From Gemmatimonadales bacterium (GTDB lineage Bacteria > Gemmatimonadota > Gemmatimonadetes > Gemmatimonadales > GWC2-71-9): a DNA stretch of 64,000 nt. A program made the position numbers and the translations under genes. The DNA lies in contig DASUFQ010000078.1 of assembly GCA_036274515.1 (NCBI GenBank), forward strand, positions 2,450 through 66,449. Direction: 5' to 3'. The notes beneath the pieces were generated by a model that saw only the letters and a list, made by a program, of their open reading frames with translations, was not told the DNA's origin and made no database searches. Of this stretch, positions 28,202 to 36,921 are shown in pieces (positions within the stretch are counted from its first letter, which is position 1; each line of letters begins with the position of its first letter).

Positions 28202-29124
28202 TGCGCATCGTCTTCTTCGGCACCCCCGATTTTGCGGTGCCCTCGCTCGACGCCCTCCGCCGCGGGGGCCACGAAGTCGCCGCCGTCGTCACCCAGCCCG
28301 ACCGACCGCACGGCCGCTCCCGCTCCCGGCTCATCCCCCCCCCGGTCAAGGTGGCGGCCCGCAACGCCGGCCTCCCGATCCTGCAGCCCGAGCGCCCGGT
28401 GGGCGACCTCTTCGCCGCCACGCTGCGGCATCACCGCGCCGACCTCGGCGTCGTGGCGGCGTACGGCCACATCCTCCACGAGGACATCCTCTCGATTCCC
28501 CATCGCGGGATGCTCAACGTCCACGCCTCGCTCCTCCCCCGGTGGCGCGGCGCCGGCCCGGTCCAGGCCGCGATTCTCCATGGGGACCGGGCGACCGGCG
28601 TGAGCATCATGCAGATGGAACGTGGCCTCGACAGCGGCCCGGTCTACCTGCGGCGCCAGCTGCCGATCGGCGCGGAAGACACGGCGGAGTCGCTGACGCT
28701 CCGGCTGGCGGAGCTGGGCGCCGAGGCGCTCCTCGAGGTGGTGGACGCCCTCGAGGGCGGCACCATGACGCCCGAGCCGCAGGTGGAGGATGACGCCACG
28801 TTCGCCCCCAAGGTCACGCGGACCTCCGCGGGGGTACCCTGGGAAAGGAGCGCAGTCGAGGTGGCGCTGCACCTCCGCGCCTTCGACCCGTGGCCCGGGG
28901 CATGGGCCGACGGCGCCGCGGGCGAGGTGAAGCTCTACACGCCGCGGATCGCGGAGGGGAGCGGCGCGCCGGGTGAGGTGCTGGAGGCGCAGCATGCGCT
29001 GGTGGTGGCCTGCGGCGACGGCGCGGTGCAGGTGGCCGAGGTGAAGGCGGCGGGGAAGAAGCGGATGGCGGCGGCGGAATGGCTCCGGGGCCGCCCGCTC
29101 AAGACGGGAGACCGCCTGACGTGA
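28201..29124 (+). CDS. fmt: methionyl-tRNA formyltransferase
   Basis: MRIVFFGTPDFAVPSL, NVHASLLPRWRGAGP. Confidence 0.95.
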   Translation: MRIVFFGTPDFAVPSLDALRRGGHEVAAVVTQPDRPHGRSRSRLIPPPVKVAARNAGLPILQPERPVGDLFAATLRHHRADLGVVAAYGHILHEDILSIPHRGMLNVHASLLPRWRGAGPVQAAILHGDRATGVSIMQMERGLDSGPVYLRRQLPIGAEDTAESLTLRLAELGAEALLEVVDALEGGTMTPEPQVEDDATFAPKVTRTSAGVPWERSAVEVALHLRAFDPWPGAWADGAAGEVKLYTPRIAEGSGAPGEVLEAQHALVVACGDGAVQVAEVKAAGKKRMAAAEWLRGRPLKTGDRLT

Positions 29125-29744
29125 GGCCGCTTCCGCGGCTCCACGCGATCACCGATCACGGCGTGCTTCACGACGCGGACCTCGGCATTCGCGCCGCGGC
29201 CATCGCGGCGGCGGGGCCGGCGGTGGCGCTGCACGTGAGGGACAAGGGGGGCACGGCGGCGTTCCTGGCCCGCTGCGCCGAGCGGTTCATGTCGCTGGCC
29301 GGGCCGCCGGAGGCAGCGGTCATCGTGAACGGGCGTCCCGACCTGGCGCGCGCGGTGGGGGCGCAGGGGGTGCAGCTCGGCGCGGGAGACCTCCGCACAG
29401 ATGACGCCCGCCGCGTGCTCGGCAACGGCTGGATCGGACGCTCGGTGCACTCGGTGGACCAGGCCGGCGAAGCGATTGCGGACGGCGCCGACTACCTCGT
29501 CCTCGGCCCCATCTTCGAGACCGCCACCCATCCCGACCGCCAGCCCCTCGGACTCGGCGTCCTGCGTGAAGCAGCCGCGCTCGGCTGCCCCGTGGTCGCC
29601 ATCGGCGGCATCACCGTCGCGCGGGCGGAGTCGGTGCGCGAGGCGGGCGCCTGGGGGATGGCGGCGATCCGGGCGCTCTGGGAGGCGAAGGACCCGTACG
29701 CGGCGGCAATGGAGATGGTCGGACTCTGGGCGGAGCCGGGATAG
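29121..29744 (+). CDS. thiE: thiamine-phosphate synthase
   Basis: LHAITD..., HVRDK, IGRSVHS, DYLVLGPIFET, AIGGI. GTG start in a GTGA overlap with fmt. Confidence 0.85.
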   Translation: MRPLPRLHAITDHGVLHDADLGIRAAAIAAAGPAVALHVRDKGGTAAFLARCAERFMSLAGPPEAAVIVNGRPDLARAVGAQGVQLGAGDLRTDDARRVLGNGWIGRSVHSVDQAGEAIADGADYLVLGPIFETATHPDRQPLGLGVLREAAALGCPVVAIGGITVARAESVREAGAWGMAAIRALWEAKDPYAAAMEMVGLWAEPG

Positions 29745-29749
29745 GCGGT

Positions 29750-30319
29750 TCAGCTCGACGGCGTGACCCGGTCGCCCAGGACGGGGAGGAACTTTGCCCA
29801 CGGCCCCACGTCGACGCGGTAGCGCTTCGCCATAACGCGCGACACCTGCGCGAGGTGGCCGAGGTCGTGCACCACCCAGGCGGCGAGCAACTGCCGGAGG
29901 GTGACGGGACCGAAGGTGGGGTGGATGCCCTCGAGGGCCAGCTCCGCGGCGCCGAGACGCCACGATTCGAGGGTAGCGAGGTTGGCGGCCCGGAGGCGGG
30001 CGAACTCGTCGAGCAGTGACGCGGGTGTGCGGCCGGCGTTCCGCGCGCGGTGCCGGAAGCGGTCGTAGGGCTCGAAGCGCGGGTCGCTCCCCCGGTCGAG
30101 GATGATCCGGGCCCGGACCAGCCAGTCGGTCTCCTCGCCGTCGATCAGGTGTCCCACCACATCGAAGGGGCTGAAGGTGTCGGGCCCTTCGTTGGCGCGC
30201 ACCCACGGGTCGGGCAATCCCTCCAGCATGGCAGCCAGGACCGGCGGCGTCCGGCGCAACTGATCCACCGCCTCCCCAAGCACGAACTCCCCCGCAGCCT
30301 CCCGATTCCCCCTCGTCAT
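29750..30319 (-). CDS. DinB-superfamily (four-helix-bundle, metal-binding) protein
   Basis: Histidines spaced as in DinB_2 proteins (VVGHLIDGE..., WVVHDLGHLAQ). Confidence 0.75.
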   Translation of the reverse strand: MTRGNREAAGEFVLGEAVDQLRRTPPVLAAMLEGLPDPWVRANEGPDTFSPFDVVGHLIDGEETDWLVRARIILDRGSDPRFEPYDRFRHRARNAGRTPASLLDEFARLRAANLATLESWRLGAAELALEGIHPTFGPVTLRQLLAAWVVHDLGHLAQVSRVMAKRYRVDVGPWAKFLPVLGDRVTPSS

Positions 30320-30329
30320 CGCCGATCCC

Positions 30330-30791
30330 CTACCCTTCCCCGAGCTTGGGCCTGTCGTCGTCTGGCGGGAGCGCGGGGCGTGCGCGGCGGGCCAGCAGCA
30401 GGCTCGCCGTGGCGGAACCGGAGCCGAGGAGGACGAAGAGCACGGCGTTCACGATGGCGGCGTCTGCTGACCAAGCCTGCCAGGCGTTGAGGGCAAGGAG
30501 CCCGTAGAGCAGCAGGCCGGCGCCGGCGCCGATGGCGGCGAAGCGGGGGATGGTCAGCTTGTCGAACCCGCGGCCGCGGGCGCTCAGCGCCATGAAGCCG
30601 GCAAACGCGAGCCCGATCGGGAAGGACCAGATCGCGCTCCCCACCACGGTGATGACCATCTCCGGCTCCGGCTTCACCCCGAAAAGCAGGATGGCCACCC
30701 CGGCGATGGTCGACGCGACGACGAACACCCCCGCCGAGAAGGTCAGGCCCATCGTGAGCATCCCGCGGACGATCCTCAACCAGCGCGGCAT
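30330..30791 (-). CDS. integral membrane protein, function unknown
   Basis: Four predicted TM segments. Start moved to the internal ATG (MPRWLRIV), because the track start would run through an AT-rich 21-bp palindrome. Confidence 0.6.
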   Translation of the reverse strand: MPRWLRIVRGMLTMGLTFSAGVFVVASTIAGVAILLFGVKPEPEMVITVVGSAIWSFPIGLAFAGFMALSARGRGFDKLTIPRFAAIGAGAGLLLYGLLALNAWQAWSADAAIVNAVLFVLLGSGSATASLLLARRARPALPPDDDRPKLGEG

Positions 30792-30811
30792 GGCCGGCCT
30801 CCAGGAAAGGT

Positions 30812-30832
30812 CTACTTTGTGCCACAAAGTAG
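30812..30832. promoter_or_regulatory. perfect 21-bp palindrome CTACTTTGTG-C-CACAAAGTAG (candidate operator)
   Basis: Read directly. It is the AT-richest stretch in the divergent gap between the membrane-protein/DinB operon and the S41 peptidase gene. Confidence 0.5.
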
Positions 30833-30942
30833 GTGAACCGCCCGCGCGCTGTCAACAGCCCGCCGAATCCTGACGGCCCCCTCCCCCGTAGGGCACCCTT
30901 GAATCCCGCCTCGTTCGCATCCCACCCTTTACCGGTACCTCC

Positions 30943-32382
30943 ATGCTGCCTGCACTCGGACTCCTGCTCTTCCTCTCCCCCTCCCCGTCCGACTCCACCC
31001 CCACCTGTTCCGCCACCCTCGCGCTCCTCGGGGAGCAGGTCCGGGCGAACTACGCCGGGTTTGCGCTGGAGCTGCAGGGCGAGCGGCTTCGGCAGTACTC
31101 GGCGATGAAGGCAGGCGTCGAGCAGCGCGCTGCCCGCACCGCCGGGGAGGGCTGCTTTTTCGTCCTGCGCGACTTCGTGGGATGGTTCGACGATCCCCAC
31201 CTCTTCGTCTTCCAGAGCACCCGGATCGACACCGCCGAGACCCGGCGCCGCGCCGCCTCGGTGGAGCGCCGGGGGGTGACCGAGGAAGGGGCGCGGGCCT
31301 ACTTCGCGCGGCAGGGAACGAGGCTCGACCCGATCGAGGGGATCTGGTACGACCGCGGGCTGCGTGTCGCGGTCCTCCCGGACTCGGGTCGGGGGCCGGG
31401 GCGGTTTGTGGCGGTGCTGCTGGCGAGCGACACGACCACCTGGGAGCCCGGGGCCGTGCGCGCCCGGATCGTCCGGCAACCCGACGGCTCGTACGACATC
31501 GATCTCGCGGGACCGAACCATGCCGTCCGTCACCTGCAGGGCACGATCTACCGGCATGTGCTTCTGCGGATGTCGCCTGGCATCTGGGGGAAGGAGTTTC
31601 CGGTGCCGGCGGCGGACTCCGGCACGCTCGACCCTGTGGACCCGCACCGCCCGGTGCTTTACGGGCGGAACGGCACCCTGGTCTTCGCGATCCCGTCGCA
31701 CGACGGCTTCCGGAGCGTCATCGACAGCATGGTGGCCGCCCACCGCGCCGACCTCGCCTCGGCGGACCGGCTGATCATCGACCTCCGCGGCAACGAGGGG
31801 GGCGGCTCGGCGATGACCGACGCGCTGGGACCATACGTGTCGCTGAAGACCGACCGGCCGACTCCATTTCCGCTCGACAAGCCGATGATGCTCTCCTCGG
31901 AGCGGCAGATCGCCTATGCCCGCCGCGCCTTCGGCCCGGAGAGCTCGGCGTTCGTCCGCGGGCTGGTGGCGCGGATGGAGGCTCATCCGGGCGAGCTGGT
32001 GCCGCTCAACGATCCCGACGCGCCAGCCTCGCCGCCGGACCCGCGCGACTGGGTGGTCGAATCGGGGCCGCGCGCCGTAGGGGTGCTGGTGGATGGGGGG
32101 ACGGTGAGCGCCGCCGAGGTGGTCGTGCTCTACGCCTTGCAGAGCCCGCGGGCGACGGTGTTCGGCGAGCCGACGGCCGGCGCGCTCGATTACCAGAGCG
32201 TCAACATCGTGCCGCTTTCGCCCGACGAGCGCCGCTGGTACCTCGGTTACGGCACGGTGACCCGTGCTCCCGGGCTGCCGGTCGGGGGGATGCGCGGCAA
32301 GGGAATCGCGCCCCAGGTGCCGCTCGACCTGGCCACCCTCTCCGACCCGGTGGGGCATGTGGAGGCGGCGCTTTCGATGTGA
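30943..32382 (+). CDS. S41-family (tail-specific-protease-like) peptidase
   Basis: LIIDLRGNEGGGSAM and the later SAAE region resemble the S41 catalytic core. N-terminal signal-like sequence. Confidence 0.75.
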   Translation: MLPALGLLLFLSPSPSDSTPTCSATLALLGEQVRANYAGFALELQGERLRQYSAMKAGVEQRAARTAGEGCFFVLRDFVGWFDDPHLFVFQSTRIDTAETRRRAASVERRGVTEEGARAYFARQGTRLDPIEGIWYDRGLRVAVLPDSGRGPGRFVAVLLASDTTTWEPGAVRARIVRQPDGSYDIDLAGPNHAVRHLQGTIYRHVLLRMSPGIWGKEFPVPAADSGTLDPVDPHRPVLYGRNGTLVFAIPSHDGFRSVIDSMVAAHRADLASADRLIIDLRGNEGGGSAMTDALGPYVSLKTDRPTPFPLDKPMMLSSERQIAYARRAFGPESSAFVRGLVARMEAHPGELVPLNDPDAPASPPDPRDWVVESGPRAVGVLVDGGTVSAAEVVVLYALQSPRATVFGEPTAGALDYQSVNIVPLSPDERRWYLGYGTVTRAPGLPVGGMRGKGIAPQVPLDLATLSDPVGHVEAALSM

Positions 32383-32428
32383 GCCGACCGGGGCGCCTCC
32401 GCAGCAGGGTGTCCCATCGGATGGCGCC

Positions 32429-33703
32429 TCACCCCTTCCCCACGCGCGCCGCCAGCGCCGCGTGCAACTCCGCATCGGCCCGGATCCGGTCGTCGTCGAG
32501 CCAGTCGGGCCGCGCCGCCGCCCCCGCAGCCGCCAGCGCCAGCAACAGCGGGCGGTAGTCCTCCGCCGGCCGGCGGTTGTCCACCAGCCATCCGTGGAGC
32601 GCCCAGACGAGCGGCGGTGTGCCATACACCGCGTCGCTCACGTTGACCGGGGCGCCACGGCGGAGGAGGAGTTCCACCGTCGCCGCGTCACCCTGGTAGG
32701 CCGTCACGTGAAGCGCTGTCTGCCCATCCGGGCCGCGGATGCCCGGATCCACGCCGTTGTCGAGGAGCAGGGTCACCACCTCGCCCCTGCCGTACCACGC
32801 CGCCATGATCATCGCGCGGCCGAGGGCATCAGTGCCTGCGGCACCGCTCGCATCGAGGCGCTGCGCCAGGAGATCCACCCGCCCGATCCCCGCCGCATCC
32901 TCCAGCGTCACCGCGGCGCCTCGCTCCGCCAGGTGGGCCGCCGCCTCCGGGCACCCGTTCGCCAGGCACGACCGGACAATGTCGTGGTCGAGGCGGGCGC
33001 CCCGTTCGAGGAGGAGGTCGGCCAGGGCGATCTGGACGCCGGCCAGGCGGGGGTGCGCGCTCGTCACTACGAGGCCAACGGTGGTGGAGCCGCCTCCGTA
33101 CACATCGGCCTCGGCGTCCACCTCGGCGCCGGCGTCCAGGAGGCAGCGCGCGACCTCCACGATGTTGGCGGGGGTCCGCTGGCGGTGGTGCTCGACCCCG
33201 TTGGCCGACACATAGTGGAGGAGGGTGGCGCGGTGCTCCCGGGTGGAGCGGGCGTGCACCAGGGCTGGGTCCGCCCGGAGGAGGCGCTCCAGGGCGGTGA
33301 GGTCGCCGGTCACGATGGCGTCGGCGGCCTCTTCGAAGGTGGAGATTCCAGATCCGGAGCGGACCAGCTCCTCGAGGTGGCGCACCAGCCTGGGCCAGCT
33401 CTCGAAACCGTGGGCCCGCGCCATCACGAACTGCGCCTCCGACAGCGCGCAGTCGGCCTGCGTCATCCGGTCGCGCGCGAAGGTGGCCAGCTGGCCGGCG
33501 CGGCGGGTCGCGTCCCGGTCGTCGAGGCGGCGGGTCCCCACGGCCTGCAGTCGTTCGAGCGCGGTGATCCAGCGGGCAGCCCATGCGTCGATGGCCTCGG
33601 GAGCGGCGCGGCAGGCGGCGGCCAGTTCCTTGGCGCGCTTGCGGTACTGGCCGAGGTCGGGGCGCAACGGGAGGGGGAGGGCGTCCTGCGGGTTGGGATA
33701 CAC
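32429..33703 (-). CDS. ankyrin-repeat protein
   Basis: Repeated TLLHYV..NG......LLDAGAEVDA and TALHVTAYQGDAATVELLLRRGAPVN ankyrin units. Confidence 0.85.
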   Translation of the reverse strand: MYPNPQDALPLPLRPDLGQYRKRAKELAAACRAAPEAIDAWAARWITALERLQAVGTRRLDDRDATRRAGQLATFARDRMTQADCALSEAQFVMARAHGFESWPRLVRHLEELVRSGSGISTFEEAADAIVTGDLTALERLLRADPALVHARSTREHRATLLHYVSANGVEHHRQRTPANIVEVARCLLDAGAEVDAEADVYGGGSTTVGLVVTSAHPRLAGVQIALADLLLERGARLDHDIVRSCLANGCPEAAAHLAERGAAVTLEDAAGIGRVDLLAQRLDASGAAGTDALGRAMIMAAWYGRGEVVTLLLDNGVDPGIRGPDGQTALHVTAYQGDAATVELLLRRGAPVNVSDAVYGTPPLVWALHGWLVDNRRPAEDYRPLLLALAAAGAAARPDWLDDDRIRADAELHAALAARVGKG

Positions 33704-34063
33704 ACGAATCTCCTTTCAGGGCGCCTGGAGTCCGCACCGATCAGGCTGAAGGAAGATTCGTCGGATTGTGACCAGCGGTGGGTGGGCACGGCCCTTTTCG
33801 CGGACTGATTGCGCCCCGGGCGCACCGTGAAGCTATCGCGCGGGCCGGCCGGGAGCAATCAGCGAGCCGTCCCAGGGGACGTGGCCCGGATCGGACGCCG
33901 GATGCGCGTAATAGCATCAGAGGGGGAACGGTGGGCTTCCGAAGCGGTGGCTGCGTCAGGGGTCAGGGGCCCACCGATCCTTCCGGGATTCGATTCCGGG
34001 CCGTAGCTTGGCGGCGCGGAGGGGGGAGGGGGGACAACATCTGCCAGGATCGTGAGGTGTACC

Positions 34064-34480
34064 ATGTCTATTCGACGGTTGGTCTGCCTGCTGGTGGTTC
34101 CCTGCCTCCTCAGCTGTGACACGGAGTTCACCGCGCCCCCGGTGTCGCTGCAGGTCAGGATGGAAATGGGCCCCGGGATGAGCGCGCTCCTGCCGCACCA
34201 GCAGGAAGGAACCCGGTTTCCGCTCACGGTCTTCGTCACGAAGGGCGACCAGCCGGCTTCCGGCGTGGAGGTGTCCTGGGACGATGGCCGGTCGCAGTCC
34301 AATCTGAGCAGCAAGCGCACCTACTCGGATGCCGACGGGATCGCCCGGACGGTCTGGAACCTTCCGGCCATCCCCGCCAATGTCCCCTGGACCTCCTATA
34401 GCACCCAGGTGTCGATTCCCGGCGCGTCCGGATCCCCGATCGTCTACACCATCGAGGTCTATCGCTGCACCAGGTGCTGA
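34064..34480 (+). CDS. lipoprotein with Ig-like-fold-type sequence, function unknown
   Basis: MSIRRLVCLLVVPCLLSC lipobox. A beta-rich body with DADGIARTVW, typical of bacterial Ig-like domains. Lower GC than its surroundings. Confidence 0.55.
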   Translation: MSIRRLVCLLVVPCLLSCDTEFTAPPVSLQVRMEMGPGMSALLPHQQEGTRFPLTVFVTKGDQPASGVEVSWDDGRSQSNLSSKRTYSDADGIARTVWNLPAIPANVPWTSYSTQVSIPGASGSPIVYTIEVYRCTRC

Positions 34481-34519
34481 CGGCGGCGGCGGAGATATTC
34501 CCAAGGGACCCGAACGGAG

Positions 34520-34741
34520 GTGGTGATGCCTTGGAGCAAGTGGATCCGGCAGGTGCACCGGTGGCTGTCCATCGTCTTCACGCTGACGGTCATCGCCAAC
34601 TTGGTCGTGCGGGCGCAGGGGGGCGGGGAGCCATCCCCCTGGATCACCTATTCGCCGCTCCCGCCGCTGGCGGTGCTGCTGTTCAGCGGGTTGTACATGT
34701 TCGTGCTGCCGTATGCGGGGAGGTGGAGAAACCGATCCTGA
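34520..34741 (+). CDS. small two-TM membrane protein
   Basis: 73 aa. WIRQVHRWLSIVFTLTVIANLVV and PLPPLAVLLFSGLYMFVLPY hydrophobic segments. Confidence 0.45.
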   Translation: MVMPWSKWIRQVHRWLSIVFTLTVIANLVVRAQGGGEPSPWITYSPLPPLAVLLFSGLYMFVLPYAGRWRNRS

Positions 34742-34924
34742 TGAACCCACCGCCGCACCGGCCCGCAAACAACGAAGGATTCGTCCAATGGAGAGGCGTT
34801 GCCAGCTGACCTGACTCTTCGGTAGATCGCCCAGGCCAGCACACCACGCCCGCCCACCGTCGATGGATAGGCCTCGCCGAGCCTCTCCTCTGGCGCACCC
34901 GACGTCCCCCCACGCCACACACGT

Positions 34925-34949
34925 CAATGGCCCCTTTTCGGGGCCATTG
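34925..34949. other. perfect 10-bp stem hairpin CAATGGCCCC-ttttc-GGGGCCATTG
   Basis: Read directly. It is intergenic with no flanking U-tract, so terminator function is unproven. Confidence 0.5.
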
Positions 34950-35149
34950 TCGCGTATTGGAGTAGACGGCCCAATCCAGGTCTCTGCGGCCTGGCGGGAG
35001 GTTGTCACCCAGGCCGTAAGATGGCGTGATCCGGCCGCGCGCGCCGCGGCACCCGGAAGCGGACGGCCGGCCACTGCTCTCTCACATGCTTGGATGAATC
35101 ACCAGACCGTGTCACACAGTTGATCCGTCCCCCTCCACAAGGAGTGCGT

Positions 35150-35647
35150 ATGCGCCACATGCTTTTCCTCGCGGCAGCCACGATCGCCCTACCGTCAGTC
35201 GCCTCAGGGCAGTCCTGCATGCCAACCCTCGCAGACCGGGATCAGAGCATGAACTCCGCCGTCGTCGTCACGCTCAACAAGAATGGAGTGGCGAGCTACT
35301 CGGAGCTTTCCGTCGCGTATCGAGAAGCTGGCCCAGCGCCTTCCGGAGGAGTGCGCCCACCGTCTTGGGCCAGCAACCGAGACAACCCGGCGCCCCAGCT
35401 GTTCAGCGACCGTACCTCAGCACCAGCGAGTGGGGTGATGCGGCAGCCCTTCGATATCACGCAATCCGACACGCTCGGCTTGACGATCTCCGTCGAGAGC
35501 TCTCCAAACGTCTCCATTGTACTGCGGTCCTGGGGCGATGTTCGCGCGACCTTCCGGGGTACCTGCTCGGCCGGGGGTGTCATTCATGGCTCGACGCCGG
35601 ATGTGGACTATCTCATCTACATCGTCCAGGCAGCCGGACCGCTGTAG
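35150..35647 (+). CDS. secreted hypothetical protein
   Basis: GGAG lies 5 nt upstream of the ATG. Signal peptide MRHMLFLAAATIALPSVASGQ. No recognisable family. Confidence 0.55.
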   Translation: MRHMLFLAAATIALPSVASGQSCMPTLADRDQSMNSAVVVTLNKNGVASYSELSVAYREAGPAPSGGVRPPSWASNRDNPAPQLFSDRTSAPASGVMRQPFDITQSDTLGLTISVESSPNVSIVLRSWGDVRATFRGTCSAGGVIHGSTPDVDYLIYIVQAAGPL

Positions 35648-35877
35648 GGCGGACTGCCAAGCTCCGCGCTACCTCAACGATCTCTTTGATGAGGGCAGGT
35701 TGAGACACGGCGGTGGGAGGCACGGTCCTCGCGTGACCCCCACCGCCGGCCCTCGCGTCACACGAAGGCAGGTACTCCGATCCTGACGCGAGATTACTCG
35801 GGGGAAAGGTCAACCCGGGCTAGATTTCAGGCGTCGCCTCTTACTGTGAGCGCTGCTCGCCGAATCTCGGAGCCCCC

Positions 35878-36087
35878 TTGCCCCACCTCTCCATCACCCT
35901 CAACGGCACCCCGCGCGAGGTCCCGGACCCGCTCACCCTGGCCGGCCTCCTCGAGCACCTCGAGCTCGACCCGCGCGCCGTGGTGGTTGAACGGAACCGC
36001 GCCATCGTCCGCCGACCCGATCTGGCCGGCACCCCGGTGGCCGAGGGGGACGTGATCGAGCTGGTGCACTTTGTGGGAGGCGGGTAG
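35878..36087 (+). CDS. thiS: sulfur-carrier protein ThiS
   Basis: 69 aa ending ...VHFVGGG. TTG start with GGAG upstream. Followed by thiG. Confidence 0.9.
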   Translation: MPHLSITLNGTPREVPDPLTLAGLLEHLELDPRAVVVERNRAIVRRPDLAGTPVAEGDVIELVHFVGGG

Positions 36088-36111
36088 CGTCCGGATCGTT
36101 ATCTTTCCCCC

Positions 36112-36921
36112 ATGACCGACACCATCCGGACCACCCCCCTGGAGTCCACCGACACCCCGCTCGACATCGGCGGCCGGAGCTTCCGCACCCGCCTCCTCGT
36201 GGGCACCGGCAAGTACCGCGACAACGCCGAGATGTCCCGCGCCATCGAGGCCTCCGGCGCCGAAGTCGTGACCGTGGCTGTCCGCCGCGTGGACCTCGAC
36301 CGCTCGAAGGAGCAGGGCGTCCTTTACCACCTCCCCGCCGACCAGTACTTCCTCCTGGCCAACACCGCCGGCTGCTACTCCGCCGACGAGGCGGTCCGCT
36401 ACGCCCGCCTGGCCCGCGAGGCCGGCTTCAACGAGTTCATCAAGCTCGAGGTGATCGGCGACAAGGAGACCCTCCTCCCCGACACCGACGGCCTCCTCGC
36501 CGCCACCCGCACCCTCGTGAAGGAGGGGTTCCAGGTCCTCGCCTACACCAACGACGACCTGATCACCGCCCTCCGCCTCGAGGACGCCGGCTGCGCCGCC
36601 GTCATGCCCCTCGCCTCTCCCATCGGGAGCGGCCTCGGCCTCCTCAACCCTTACTCCATCCGCACCATCAAGAGCCGGCTCGGCGTGCCGATCATCGTCG
36701 ACGCCGGTGTCGGCACCGCGAGCGACGCCTGCGTCACCAGGGAGCAGGGCGTCGACGGGATCCTGATGAACACCGCCCTCGCCGAAGCCGCCGACCCCGT
36801 CCTCATGGCCACCGCCATGCGGCACGCGGTGGAAGCGGGCCGCGCCGCGTGGCGCGCCGGCCGGATGCCCCGGCGCGAGACCGCCGTCCCCTCCAGCCCC
36901 ACCACCGGGATGCTGCGCTGA
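36112..36921 (+). CDS. thiG: thiazole synthase
   Basis: RLLVGTGKY, KLEVIGD, VMPLASPIGSG, DAGVGTASDA. Confidence 0.95.
   Translation: MTDTIRTTPLESTDTPLDIGGRSFRTRLLVGTGKYRDNAEMSRAIEASGAEVVTVAVRRVDLDRSKEQGVLYHLPADQYFLLANTAGCYSADEAVRYARLAREAGFNEFIKLEVIGDKETLLPDTDGLLAATRTLVKEGFQVLAYTNDDLITALRLEDAGCAAVMPLASPIGSGLGLLNPYSIRTIKSRLGVPIIVDAGVGTASDACVTREQGVDGILMNTALAEAADPVLMATAMRHAVEAGRAAWRAGRMPRRETAVPSSPTTGMLR

Noticed and set aside
33982-34007. tRNA-like T-arm, or an integration-site remnant (CCGGG-ATTCGAT-TCCGG followed by GCCGTAGC).
   Set aside because: The loop does not have the canonical TTCGAAT register, no complementary acceptor 5' strand exists within ~80 nt upstream, and no anticodon or D arms can be drawn. 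This is not enough to call a tRNA fragment or att site.
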